A stretch of 64,000 nt of DNA from a virus (taxonomy: Duplodnaviria; Caudoviricetes), in the IMG/VR virus record IMGVR_UViG_2852079565_000004, positions 32,001 to 96,000 of that record. One strand, 5' to 3'. Position numbers and translations under genes: made by a program. The notes beneath the pieces are model-generated. The model was not told where the DNA came from. It worked only from the letters and a program-made list of their open reading frames with translations, and searched no databases. Below are positions 37,971 to 48,009 of the stretch, piece by piece; position 1 is the first letter of the stretch, and each line of letters begins with the position of its first letter.

Positions 37971-40477
37971 TTGCTTACCCCCGAACTGGTTTGATGGGCT
38001 AAATCTTGTAGCTGGGATTGCAACGCATCTTTCGTGCCATTCGCCATTCCTTGCGCGTCCGTCGCTTGGGTTTCCACTTTGATTTCACCAATCGACAAGT
38101 TAGTTTCATTGGTGGTACTGGATTGATTACTGATAGCTTGGCTGGTCATCGGGTTAATTGGATTAGCCGACATACCGTTAATTTGTTGGCTCAGCCCTTT
38201 CACTAACAACGCAGTATCTTCTCCAGATAACTTGGGCTGTTCGGGGATTTGGTGCTCTATCGTGCCGTCAGTCGTGATTTTGCGTTCAACCGTTTGAGTC
38301 ACTTGTGCATCCTCAAAACCAAACCACCCTTTGACCGTGCTCCAGCCATTTTTAATCGCTTCTAAGCCGTCATTAATCCAACTTAAATACTGTTTGATTT
38401 GCGCCCATAACCACTTAAAAATCCCTACAACGGCATCAGAAGCCACCGTAAAGACCCCTTCAAATTGCTTGCCCCAACCCGCTAAATCGCGAATAAAGTC
38501 CGTGAGCCATGCCCATAACTGCTTGCCACCATCAACAATAAAGTTAAAAGCAGCCACCGCCACATCGGCGACAACTTGAGATAAAGCCATGACAAAATAA
38601 AAGAAGGCTTTAAACGCTTCCCACAACGCAATAATGACCGCCTTAAGTTCGGGGTATTCATCCAAAATACGCCCTATCATCGAATCGTTGCCGTCGATAA
38701 AATTCATGATATCGTCATAAACTAAGGCAAACGCCGCAGCCAGTAAGGCAATAACCGCGATAATCGCCAAGATGGGCCATGTTGCTGCCAAGGTCGCTGC
38801 CGCTGCCGATAACAGAGCAGGCACATAAAACACCGCAATAGCCGAACCTATCGCAATAAAGAACCCCACAATGAGCGATTTGTTTTCTTTGCAAAAGCTC
38901 ACAAAGCGGTTAATCCACTCTAACCCTTTAGTTAAAATCGGGATCACCATTTCTAATAAGCTGTTTTTCAGTAAACCTGATGATTGCTTAAAGCCTTGCA
39001 TGGCTTTGTTGAATTTGATGGATTGTTCAATACTCTCTTTGTTGATGCCTGAGTACTCTTTTTGAATACCCATCATGCGCTCGAGTTCTTTGCGACCTTT
39101 CATCATCAGCTCGACGGTTTTATCATCTGTTACGCCCAGTCCCGCAAGCGTTGCCTTGGCTTTATCAAACTTCATACCCTGCACTTTATCTGCAGTCTGA
39201 AGTACTTTTTCCATGGAGTTTTTAGCCAAGCCAAACGATTTAGCCATCGCCGATAAATCTGCTTGGGCCGCATCACGCGTGCCGCCCAGTTCAGCCATTG
39301 AACCCGCGAATGCGTCTACATCGGCTGTGGCTACATTGATTTTTTTACCTAACTTATCGAGGGCTTCAATTTCAGTCGAACGTGAAATCGATTCTCCCAC
39401 CAAGGCGGTAGCCCCCATCAGTAAACCAACCGTCCCTAATGCCTTTTTGGCAAACGACATAACCGTATTACCAGCTTGCTGATATTTGGTTTCGGTATTC
39501 TCAAGGGCTTTTTGCACGGATTGCTGTGCTTTAATTTCACTGGTCGCCGCTTCAATTCCTTTCACTTTCATCGTGTCCACAAGGCGAATTAGCTCGCTGT
39601 AATTACCTTGCAGTGCTTGAATAATGGCGTTGGACAGTTGCTTCGCGGTGATACCTTGGTGTTCGGCTAACGCGAGGTCGGTGACACCTTGATTAAGTTG
39701 AATAACATTTTGCTGTAGTGCCCAGTAGTTTGCATCGAGCTCGCCCAAAACAACCTGAGTGGATTGCATGCCTGCGTCAGATATTGACCGCTGCGCCTCA
39801 AGGTTAGCCATCGAATCTGTTACTGTCTCTAATTGTGTTTTAACCGAGCCAGTTTGGGCAATAACCTCATCTGCATTAGTAACGAAATCAATCGAATGTT
39901 CAATCGATAAGCCTTGCACCGATTGGCGTAAGTCTGCCATCACACGTTCAATTTCTGCGGCGCCATCGGCAGTAGTGGTCGGGATTTTTTGCAGCTCGTT
40001 AACATACTCACTGACTGAGCCTTTTACCTGTTCTAATGCGTTTTTTTGGTCACCCACCGATAACGAGCCGAGATCATTTTTCAGTTGGCTGATTTCAGCT
40101 TGCAGTGATTGCCCCCACTCCCCTAGCGTATCCCCCGCAAAGACCCAAGCTGTGTCTGTATTTTGCCGTTGCTCATCCAATGCGCTTAATGATGAGCTCA
40201 CCGCATCTAACCTATCCACGATGTGGCTTGTCTCAGCACTAACCTCGCTGGCATTGATTGTAAACTGAATGGCATGTTCGGTCGACAGCCCCTGCAGTGA
40301 TTGCCAAAGCTCTGTCATTACACTCCTGATGGTCAGTGAACTTTGCTGCGCCGCTTGTTGGGTTTGTTTCATGCCATCAATAATGTCATCGGTCGAACGT
40401 TGCACCTTTTTAAATGCCCCATCCGCTTGCCTTGTATCAAACTCAAAGACCTGCACAAAGGTATCCATTAATGACAT
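37967..40477 (-). CDS. Tape measure protein
   Basis: 836 aa, helical, with TM segment; follows the tail chaperone. Confidence 0.88.
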   Translation of the reverse strand: MSLMDTFVQVFEFDTRQADGAFKKVQRSTDDIIDGMKQTQQAAQQSSLTIRSVMTELWQSLQGLSTEHAIQFTINASEVSAETSHIVDRLDAVSSSLSALDEQRQNTDTAWVFAGDTLGEWGQSLQAEISQLKNDLGSLSVGDQKNALEQVKGSVSEYVNELQKIPTTTADGAAEIERVMADLRQSVQGLSIEHSIDFVTNADEVIAQTGSVKTQLETVTDSMANLEAQRSISDAGMQSTQVVLGELDANYWALQQNVIQLNQGVTDLALAEHQGITAKQLSNAIIQALQGNYSELIRLVDTMKVKGIEAATSEIKAQQSVQKALENTETKYQQAGNTVMSFAKKALGTVGLLMGATALVGESISRSTEIEALDKLGKKINVATADVDAFAGSMAELGGTRDAAQADLSAMAKSFGLAKNSMEKVLQTADKVQGMKFDKAKATLAGLGVTDDKTVELMMKGRKELERMMGIQKEYSGINKESIEQSIKFNKAMQGFKQSSGLLKNSLLEMVIPILTKGLEWINRFVSFCKENKSLIVGFFIAIGSAIAVFYVPALLSAAAATLAATWPILAIIAVIALLAAAFALVYDDIMNFIDGNDSMIGRILDEYPELKAVIIALWEAFKAFFYFVMALSQVVADVAVAAFNFIVDGGKQLWAWLTDFIRDLAGWGKQFEGVFTVASDAVVGIFKWLWAQIKQYLSWINDGLEAIKNGWSTVKGWFGFEDAQVTQTVERKITTDGTIEHQIPEQPKLSGEDTALLVKGLSQQINGMSANPINPMTSQAISNQSSTTNETNLSIGEIKVETQATDAQGMANGTKDALQSQLQDLAHQTSSGVSK

Positions 40478-40713
40478 TAGCGATCCTTTGAAGCCGCAAG
40501 GGCTTCGTTATAACGGTTAGTAATGGCAATTTCCCATAGGTCCATTGCTTCTTCTAAATCTATTGAGGTTTTGAGTTCGGTGAAGGTGGCGAGGCGTTCG
40601 CTGACGATGACGGCAAAGAACCCATCAGCGTTTTTATAATCGACGGGAGTGAACCGCTTACCTTGCTGAGCAGGAAGTGGAGGAAACCTTGGCTCCCGTC
40701 GTTGCCGAAAAAA
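40477..40713 (-). CDS. -1 frameshift extension of the tail assembly chaperone
   Basis: Slippery T TTT TTC at 40713-40707; open -1 frame ...LATFTELKTSIDLEEAMDLWEI...SKDR ending in TAA that overlaps the TMP ATG. Confidence 0.75.
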   Translation of the reverse strand, partial: FFRQRREPRFPPLPAQQGKRFTPVDYKNADGFFAVIVSERLATFTELKTSIDLEEAMDLWEIAITNRYNEALAASKDR

Positions 40714-41018
40714 CTGGTGTTATATTTCAACATTTCCAACTCTAAGCGGATCAACGATTCGCCATCAGGCACATGGTTATCAATAAGTGTTTGTGTTTTA
40801 AGGGGGATTTCTTCACCGTCGATAGTGACACACACATAGGCCATCATTTTGAGCATGGCCTCTTTGCTGACCTCATAGTCACCAATTTTGGGGGCGTTAG
40901 ATAACGGGTATTTGGCTAGGATTTCACGCCCGACTGTGGCGGGTAGGCGACTAATAATGAATAGTTTTTCAACACCATCAACGTCTTTGATAGCGACTTC
41001 TTTAGGTTTAATCATCAT
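40560..41018 (-). CDS. Tail assembly chaperone
   Basis: Between tail tube and tape measure genes; LIDNHV motif. Confidence 0.75.
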   Translation of the reverse strand: MMIKPKEVAIKDVDGVEKLFIISRLPATVGREILAKYPLSNAPKIGDYEVSKEAMLKMMAYVCVTIDGEEIPLKTQTLIDNHVPDGESLIRLELEMLKYNTSFFGNDGSQGFLHFLLSKVSGSLPSIIKTLMGSLPSSSANASPPSPNSKPQ

Positions 41019-41068
41019 GGTAAACACCAATAAAAAAGGCGGGAAACCCCGCCAGAAATTGAAATAAA

Positions 41069-41521
41069 TTAACGGATACGCGTACTGTCGAAATCCTGAA
41101 ACACAAAGGTATAGGCTTTAGATTTCAAACGCCCCGCAGAGGCGGCTGAGTTGCCACGACTACCATTGGTGATTTTGCCATTGCGCGCCGTGACCGTTGA
41201 GCCATCGCCATAAGACGCAACAAAAGTAATAATATCCCCTGCGTGTCGGCGCCCTTTTTTCGCGGTATTTGCCTCGAGCAAAATAGACAAGTTTTGATCT
41301 TCTTCGCTACCGGCCAATACGTTAATCGTGACGGTTTGTGGTGTTGGTGTAGACCAACTCACCAAGTTACCGTTAATATCCATACCCGTTTGTGCAATAT
41401 CGACAGCCGGTAAATCCAGTGGATCAGCATCGTCAGCAAAAGCGGTAATTAAAATCCCAGTGGGAAAGGTTTTGCTGGCTTGAATGGTAAAACTCAAGCC
41501 GGTTGCAGATACATCATGCAT
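41069..41521 (-). CDS. Tail tube protein
   Basis: ~150 aa directly after the sheath; FADDAD motif. Confidence 0.75.
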   Translation of the reverse strand: MHDVSATGLSFTIQASKTFPTGILITAFADDADPLDLPAVDIAQTGMDINGNLVSWSTPTPQTVTINVLAGSEEDQNLSILLEANTAKKGRRHAGDIITFVASYGDGSTVTARNGKITNGSRGNSAASAGRLKSKAYTFVFQDFDSTRIR

Positions 41522-41530
41522 GTTCTACTC

Positions 41531-43018
41531 CTAGACTAAATTATGTGAGCCTTCGACTTTGCGAACCCAATCGCCTTTGCCGTAAATCAGCACGTATTTC
41601 ATGACATACTCAGGCAAGTCACTTTCACCCGTATTTTCAACAATCTGCGCGTTATACCAATAGCCTTTATCCTGTACGTCATACCACGCAAGGTCATCAC
41701 CCGACGCATCAGCAATCGCAAGCTTTTGTGCGTCACTCAGCGTTTTACCGGCTAAAATCGTGCCGTTATTAATGGCTTTAGTGACCGCACCCGCTATCAC
41801 CATTAACGCACGTGCTTCACCGTCTTTATTGGCAGGAACGCCCCGTGTCGCCAATAACACACTGAACCATTGCTGAGCAATATAGGCTTTTAACCATTGC
41901 TCATTGGCGTGAACACTCATATCCAGTGGATTAGACGCACCACCGCACAAGAAGCCCCGCTGATAGAAACGAATTTGTGAGCCAGCTACCGCAGTTTCAC
42001 CGTAATAGTTCACGCGCAGCTTATCGAAGCGGTCAGCGACTTTATCCGTGGTCACTTGCGCAGGGAACGTCACACCTAACTGGCGAAACATGTAGTTTGT
42101 TGTGGCATTAGTGCGGTCATAATCAGTCGCCGCCATAACAGCCATGGGTAAGGTTTGAATAAAATAGTTAGTATCCGTTTTGAGATTTAACCCCACCGAA
42201 GCCGTTCCCATCAACGCTGCGCTAAAATCTTCAACCTGCTTTTCACTCACGCTAATATGCAACTGGTATTTGACGTTCTCCCCGGAAACATACTGCGCCA
42301 ATGGCACCGCTTGCTCTAACGGCAGTTCGTCCAAAAATGTCGCGCTCCCGAATGAATCGGAAACCTGCTCTGCTACCATAAAGGCTTCCAGAGGCGTTTG
42401 TGCGGGGTTACCTTCAGATACCGTACCGGAAGACAGCCCCATGGCGTTCGCCAGCACTGAATATTCAACACTAATGGATGCACGTTCTTGCACACCGCCA
42501 CTCAGCTCAAAGGCACTATCGAGTGAATTAAACGTCAAATAGCTACTGGAAAATTGTGGTTCTCTTTCTGCATTGAGTTTTGCTTGAATGGTGGACGCAA
42601 TATCCGCATAGGATTTCGCTTCCGACAAATCAATGTCTTTGTAGCTTTTAGTGACAGTACCAATCGTGACCGAAAGCGTTCCATCCGCAATGATTTTTAA
42701 ATCCGCTAATGCGGCGGCTTTTGTCCCAAATAGCGTAGGCGCTCGCCCCACAGGCTCATAAGAAGCAATTTGTAACTCCTTCGGCTTACTCACCGGTGCA
42801 GGGCTAACATAGCTAAAATATTGTCGTGCAAAGTGGGCTTCGGGAGAATCAACACCCAGCAAATCATCTATTTGACCACTGGCGAACTCTAAAACTTTAC
42901 CTGCAGGTATTTTGGGGTTAGTGGAAAATAAGCGACCGGTTAATTTACGCATCGGAACAGCAGACGCGCCAATAACCGCCGATGCGATATCAACGTATCG
43001 AGTTTGTTTAATTGGCAT
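41531..43018 (-). CDS. Tail sheath protein (DUF3383-like)
   Basis: YVDI.S, FG..SPE-like segment, NYYG, ANEQWLK. Confidence 0.8.
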   Translation of the reverse strand: MPIKQTRYVDIASAVIGASAVPMRKLTGRLFSTNPKIPAGKVLEFASGQIDDLLGVDSPEAHFARQYFSYVSPAPVSKPKELQIASYEPVGRAPTLFGTKAAALADLKIIADGTLSVTIGTVTKSYKDIDLSEAKSYADIASTIQAKLNAEREPQFSSSYLTFNSLDSAFELSGGVQERASISVEYSVLANAMGLSSGTVSEGNPAQTPLEAFMVAEQVSDSFGSATFLDELPLEQAVPLAQYVSGENVKYQLHISVSEKQVEDFSAALMGTASVGLNLKTDTNYFIQTLPMAVMAATDYDRTNATTNYMFRQLGVTFPAQVTTDKVADRFDKLRVNYYGETAVAGSQIRFYQRGFLCGGASNPLDMSVHANEQWLKAYIAQQWFSVLLATRGVPANKDGEARALMVIAGAVTKAINNGTILAGKTLSDAQKLAIADASGDDLAWYDVQDKGYWYNAQIVENTGESDLPEYVMKYVLIYGKGDWVRKVEGSHNLV

Positions 43019-43027
43019 AATAAAACC

Positions 43028-43543
43028 TTATATGCGGTGGATATCAGGATAGAGCGCGCTTATGGCAGCTGTATCAGGGAAAAGAGAGCGTTTAAACGTC
43101 ACATTAAAATCAAACGAGGGGTTTTGTTCGTAGTCGCCATGATCATTCACAAAATAAGGCTGGCGAACTGATGTTGCCCGTTGTACACCAATACCTTGCT
43201 TTCTCAGTGTGGTCACAAAAGGCAGTGAATTGACAACCATTCGGGTAATGGCGGCAATATCATTGGCCGTATACGAACCTAATTGGGTAATGAATGCCTG
43301 AACTTGGTACGTTTTTTCCGATAATTGGTTTTCTTGGTGATTGGCATTATTACCTTGGACATTGTAATTGCGACCTTGCCAACCATGCCCACTTTCATTG
43401 ATAGCAAAGAACATCACCATATTATCTTCACGGCCTTGCTTGGTGGATTGAAAACCGGCTTTCACGGGGATATCAATACCCACTTCGGTCAGCTGCCGTA
43501 ATAACTGTTTGCGAATGGCAATATCAACATCATTATCCGTCAT
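43028..43543 (-). CDS. Tail terminator/neck protein
   Basis: Synteny; YEQNPSFD motif. Confidence 0.65.
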   Translation of the reverse strand: MTDNDVDIAIRKQLLRQLTEVGIDIPVKAGFQSTKQGREDNMVMFFAINESGHGWQGRNYNVQGNNANHQENQLSEKTYQVQAFITQLGSYTANDIAAITRMVVNSLPFVTTLRKQGIGVQRATSVRQPYFVNDHGDYEQNPSFDFNVTFKRSLFPDTAAISALYPDIHRI

Positions 43544-43901
43544 AGGCCCCTACCTCGATGCAAATCACCGATTTCCAGCCGTCCTGCTCGTACCAATCCG
43601 CATCCCCCATCACATCGTATTTCTTGCCATTAAAAACAAGATAATCCGGTGAAGTACCGCGCTGAATACCTTTGATATCATGGGGAGTATAAAAGCGGCG
43701 ATAAACTTGGTTTGAATCAAAGCCCATTGATTGAGCATCTTGAGTATCAACCGCTTGCCAACTGCCCCGAATATCCACTGGCTCATGATATTGGTTTTGG
43801 TCATGGCCTCGCTCATCGGGCTCACGGTTTTTAAAGCGAAACCACAGGGCTGTTTGCTGAGGAATATAGCGAGAAGCGATACGGTGTAAATTTCCAAACA
43901 T
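43533..43901 (-). CDS. Head closure/collar protein
   Basis: Synteny; DWYEQDGW motif. Confidence 0.65.
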   Translation of the reverse strand: MFGNLHRIASRYIPQQTALWFRFKNREPDERGHDQNQYHEPVDIRGSWQAVDTQDAQSMGFDSNQVYRRFYTPHDIKGIQRGTSPDYLVFNGKKYDVMGDADWYEQDGWKSVICIEVGAYDG

Positions 43902-44359
43902 TACTTATCCTCCACGGCAAAATTGACGGCTTGTAACATCTGACCTGTATCCACTAAGGGCTTATCGGTAGATTTCCCTTTGCTGTGACGTCTTGCTCTG
44001 GCCTTTACCGTTGAATCATCCAAGGCTGGTGTGGTTACCGCTTTTATGGCCAGTTTCACATCCCCAGCCGCTTTTGCACCGACTTGGGTTAGCCCATCAG
44101 TAACGGAAATATTGCCAACGGTCGCCGCTTTGGCCACACGGAAAATTAACTGGCCATACTCTGCTTTTTTATCGCTCATCGTTGGGCGAAAAAACGAACG
44201 GGGAGGAATGCCACCAGCGGGGTATCCCAATTCTTGAATCGCCGCAATATAGGCAATGGGCGTGCCATCGGGATATTTGGAGTGTTCAAAGAAACCCACT
44301 TTCAATTGTTTCTTGGCTAACTCATCGTAAACCGCTTTTAACTGGGTTAATTTCGTCAT
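43901..44359 (-). CDS. Neck/tail-completion protein
   Basis: VGFF...YPDG, IPPRSF.R, KPLVDTG.M. Confidence 0.75.
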   Translation of the reverse strand: MTKLTQLKAVYDELAKKQLKVGFFEHSKYPDGTPIAYIAAIQELGYPAGGIPPRSFFRPTMSDKKAEYGQLIFRVAKAATVGNISVTDGLTQVGAKAAGDVKLAIKAVTTPALDDSTVKARARRHSKGKSTDKPLVDTGQMLQAVNFAVEDK

Positions 44360-44793
44360 TAACGTAACCGCCCCCCGCGCGTAAATCGCCCACCTACACC
44401 GCGAAAGGCTGAACGTTCACCTGCACCACCAATATATTGCGGCACACTACAGCGCTTTATCAGTGCTAAAAACTGTTGGCCGTAGGTCGTCATTTTGAAC
44501 CAGTGTGACCAATCAGAACCCGCAGGGGGCGCAGAGAATGACACGCTGACTTTATCGATGGTCACACTAGTCACAACACCGGTTGGGGATTCATCATCCG
44601 CAATCCACTTTCGCAGTGATAGCATATGAGCAACAACCAGCATCCACAGTTCGTTAGTGCAAACACCGCGACAAGGCGAAAAATAGTTCAGGGCAGATTG
44701 AGCAATAGTATAAATGTCATCATCACTCACACCATTAAACGATGGATAGAGCACACGAAATGACATTAGGGGAAATGTGCTCGCCTCCATCAT
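44359..44793 (-). CDS. Head-tail connector (DUF4054-like)
   Basis: FR..YP.F, AH, VSVS, T.YGQQF. Confidence 0.8.
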   Translation of the reverse strand: MMEASTFPLMSFRVLYPSFNGVSDDDIYTIAQSALNYFSPCRGVCTNELWMLVVAHMLSLRKWIADDESPTGVVTSVTIDKVSVSFSAPPAGSDWSHWFKMTTYGQQFLALIKRCSVPQYIGGAGERSAFRGVGGRFTRGGRLR

Positions 44794-45134
44794 TATTTAC
44801 CCTTTTTGTTGGTTTTCGGGACTGCTTGTTTTTCTGCTTCCAAAGATTCCACGGTATCTGGCGCTGACTTATCGCTAGCCTCCATATTAGTGGCCACTTT
44901 TTCAGGATCTTCTTTGCGGTTTTCAACGCTGATAAACCCGTTTTCTTTATGCAGTTGAAATACATGGTTATCTTTAAGTTGAGCGTATTGTTCGTCACTG
45001 ATTTCCGTGACACGCCCACGCGGGGTATACATGTGCTTGGTCATGATATTGGCTTGACCCGCAATAAACACTTTGCCATCCGTAACCGAGTAGTTTTGGT
45101 CATTCGATAGCGTGCAATAGACATAGAGAGACAT
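44793..45134 (-). CDS. Virion-associated hypothetical protein
   Basis: GGAG RBS; lies directly after the capsid gene. Confidence 0.7.
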   Translation of the reverse strand: MSLYVYCTLSNDQNYSVTDGKVFIAGQANIMTKHMYTPRGRVTEISDEQYAQLKDNHVFQLHKENGFISVENRKEDPEKVATNMEASDKSAPDTVESLEAEKQAVPKTNKKGK

Positions 45135-45188
45135 GGCTTTCTCCGATAAAAAAGCCCTCATTTGAGGGCGTAAAAAAAAGTGGTCAGG

Positions 45189-46256
45189 TTAGATGCCTGT
45201 GAGACGGGTGATAGCCCAAGGTCGGGTAACAAAGACACCCGCTGTCGCATTGGTCGCATCCTCTAAATACCCTTTGATTTGCGCTTGTGAGCCCAACAAT
45301 TGGTATTTAACGGGTACCACTTGTAAGATGGTCGCGCTGGTTGCGGTTGAGCCATCATCGATGGTATCTGCGAACATATACGCCACATCCGCACCACCAT
45401 TTGCCCCGACAAATTCAGGCGAGAACACAAAGCGCAGGTTTGGATAGTTCTCTTTTACCCATTGATACACCGTTTCACCACGCGCCACAGGATTAGCAAC
45501 ATTGAGCGTTGAACGGTAGCCCAGCGGTAACGTCAATGTGATCGCGATATCGTCTTTGATAATCCCACCTGAACTCATTTCAATGCGCGAGAACATATCG
45601 GTAATATCTTGGGTGATATCGGCAAACGTGCCGCCCTTCCATTTTTTCGATGCGGTTTCATAAGCCGGTAGATTCGGTTCATTCATCAAGCCAAATACAC
45701 GTGTTTCAGGGCTATTAAACCCATAGTAACCAATCCGCTCACGTCCTTGCTCTAAAGATTCAGTCGCTGAATTACGTTTTTCCGCAGCGGCTTCAAACCC
45801 AGCTGCAGACTGGCGCGCTTCCTCTAACTTACCGACTTGAAAACCTTGTTCAAAACGCACGATACCGCGACGTTCTTGGTCTTGAATGTAAGATGCTAAC
45901 GGCACGTTGGTATGATCGCCGTAGAGCTCGGCTTTACCGGTTGGTGTTGCCACGTTCAGAATGATTTCCTCATCGTGCCATTCACCCGCATTCAATACAC
46001 CGGTGATTTCATCCAACACACGAACACGGGTTGCGGTGCGAATGAGACCAGGAAGAACGTGTTGCAACATTTCACGCTGAATCAACCCACCTTGCATGGC
46101 TGCGCCCGTGATCGCGGAGTCCATCGATGCCAAACCACCAAAACCAATTTGCTCAAGTTCGCGATACGTCCACTGTTGGTTAGGTTGGATATTAAGTTGA
46201 CCATGCTTGCGAATATCGCGGCCAGACATATAAAACTTTTGCTTGCTAACTGGCAT
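45189..46256 (-). CDS. Major capsid protein (DUF2184-like)
   Basis: YGD..N.P, FGLMNEPNL, C-terminal G....RP.A.....GI. Confidence 0.88.
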   Translation of the reverse strand: MPVSKQKFYMSGRDIRKHGQLNIQPNQQWTYRELEQIGFGGLASMDSAITGAAMQGGLIQREMLQHVLPGLIRTATRVRVLDEITGVLNAGEWHDEEIILNVATPTGKAELYGDHTNVPLASYIQDQERRGIVRFEQGFQVGKLEEARQSAAGFEAAAEKRNSATESLEQGRERIGYYGFNSPETRVFGLMNEPNLPAYETASKKWKGGTFADITQDITDMFSRIEMSSGGIIKDDIAITLTLPLGYRSTLNVANPVARGETVYQWVKENYPNLRFVFSPEFVGANGGADVAYMFADTIDDGSTATSATILQVVPVKYQLLGSQAQIKGYLEDATNATAGVFVTRPWAITRLTGI

Positions 46257-46753
46257 TATTCACCTTCCTTTACTGCCGCTGGATATGGGATTTCGGTTAA
46301 GCGAATAACGCTCAAATGCGGTGCGTCAGTTGATGAAAGATGACGACTGACAAAGCCAATCACGCGCTCACCTGTACCTACCGTACCTTTAGCCGATAAC
46401 GAACCGTCCGTTTCGCTGAATACGACGGGATCATTGATTTTGCCTTCGTCATCGCTTAGTTCGACATACACCTCACCCATCGTTAAAAACTCACCTTGGG
46501 TGCCATTGCGTGCATAGTTCACTTCAATACGATACGCTTTCGGGTTAATCATGATCCCCGCAAATGCGCCCTTGCCACCCACTTGCACAGACTCCACAGA
46601 ATCATCTTTGTAGGTGTAAGCCCGACCGAAGATATTTTGCTTTTCATCCGCTGAGCTGAGAATGGCGGCAACGGCACGAATAGGCCCTGCATGGCTGATT
46701 TCACCCACTACGCCAGACGTTAAGCCATGCGACACTGATTTAGGAATTGCCAT
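46256..46753 (-). CDS. Capsid cement/decoration protein
   Basis: Between protease/scaffold and capsid genes; GVVGE, FG motifs. Confidence 0.7.
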   Translation of the reverse strand: MAIPKSVSHGLTSGVVGEISHAGPIRAVAAILSSADEKQNIFGRAYTYKDDSVESVQVGGKGAFAGIMINPKAYRIEVNYARNGTQGEFLTMGEVYVELSDDEGKINDPVVFSETDGSLSAKGTVGTGERVIGFVSRHLSSTDAPHLSVIRLTEIPYPAAVKEGE

Positions 46754-48009
46754 TATTTCGCTCCCCATTTATCCATAATTGATTGATTACTCACCGCAGA
46801 ATCCATCGTCACTGTGGCTTTCTGTGAATCAGGCACACGCCCTTGCATCCACGCATCGAGTGCAATGGCTTCATTGCCCTTACCGCATTGAATACCGAGC
46901 TTATCAACGCCATACTCGGCCACTTGTTGCTTGGTCATGGCGGCATGGTCAAATACGCCAAGGAATGGGGTCAGCTTATGCGCTAATGAATCACGCTCAC
47001 CGATTTGCTTTAACAGCTCTCCGGTGTCCATGGTTGGCTTTGATGCTTCTAACCGCTTAATTTTGCGCTTTAAAGATGCAATCTCGTCCATCGTACCGAT
47101 GCCATTTTTCAAGCGTTTGATGCGACGATTTAAGCTATCCGTTGTTGCTTGGTCGAGATGCTCCTTGGCTTCTTCAATCGCTTCGACAGCTGTCTCAATC
47201 GCCACCTCGGCAGCTTCTACGGCTTCAGGTGTACCGGTTGTGGCTTCTTCTGCTGCAACTTCGGCGGCTGTCACGGCTTCTTCCGCTTTTTGCTCTTCTT
47301 CGGGATTAGCATCAGTGGATTTCTTTTCTTCTTTCGGCTCTTCATCGGTTGAAGGCTTAGTTTGTGCAATCACCTCTGCAATAATGCTTTTCAGCGCAGT
47401 GACTTGCTCCGCTGTAAACGCACCTTCATCAGTGGTTTGCTTCTCTTTGTTTTCTTCTTCGTTCATGCGAATAAGTTCCTTTGTGTCGATAGTGATAACG
47501 AGGTGATCTTGCACAGCGACGTCAGGGCCGGTTCGCCCTTCATCCACTAATGCGAGGTGATTGCCACGTAGGTGACGTTGAATAACGTCATAGTGTTGGC
47601 CTTCATAAATGCCAGAGGTGAATTCATATTTACTGCGATAACCTGGTGAAAGGTCGATTTTGCCACTGTCGATATTGCTAAGCGCCACATCTGAAAAGAT
47701 TTTGATATTGGCTCTAAGATACGGTGGATCAAAATAGACATTCTCACCAATCACCCCTTGAATGCCTTTTTTCTCCGCTGGGGTCGCGTGCTTGCCTAAC
47801 ATTTCATGTTCAATGATGAATGGAGTGAGTTTGAAAGAGTTAATTGTCGCTTCGCTGGCCAGTTCTTCCGGAGGGCGCAATACGCGATAGATTTTATCGG
47901 GTATTGGCGCACCAATTTCAGCCCCCAAATAATCAAAAACCCCAACTTTAGAGATGGGGTTGTCTGTCACTTCGAGCCAGCCGTTATTGTCATAGGTTCG
48001 TTTTGTCAT
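46753..48009 (-). CDS. Prohead protease/scaffold (DUF2213-like)
   Basis: ISKVGVFDY.G.EI, LSPGY, NHLALV..GR.G. Confidence 0.88.
   Translation of the reverse strand: MTKRTYDNNGWLEVTDNPISKVGVFDYLGAEIGAPIPDKIYRVLRPPEELASEATINSFKLTPFIIEHEMLGKHATPAEKKGIQGVIGENVYFDPPYLRANIKIFSDVALSNIDSGKIDLSPGYRSKYEFTSGIYEGQHYDVIQRHLRGNHLALVDEGRTGPDVAVQDHLVITIDTKELIRMNEEENKEKQTTDEGAFTAEQVTALKSIIAEVIAQTKPSTDEEPKEEKKSTDANPEEEQKAEEAVTAAEVAAEEATTGTPEAVEAAEVAIETAVEAIEEAKEHLDQATTDSLNRRIKRLKNGIGTMDEIASLKRKIKRLEASKPTMDTGELLKQIGERDSLAHKLTPFLGVFDHAAMTKQQVAEYGVDKLGIQCGKGNEAIALDAWMQGRVPDSQKATVTMDSAVSNQSIMDKWGAK

Noticed and set aside
46931-47506. 191-aa antisense ORF (also 39759-40268, 21343-21813, 45912-46343, 54320-54724)
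   Set aside because: Antisense shadows of coding regions on the other strand; biased composition and no recognisable motifs
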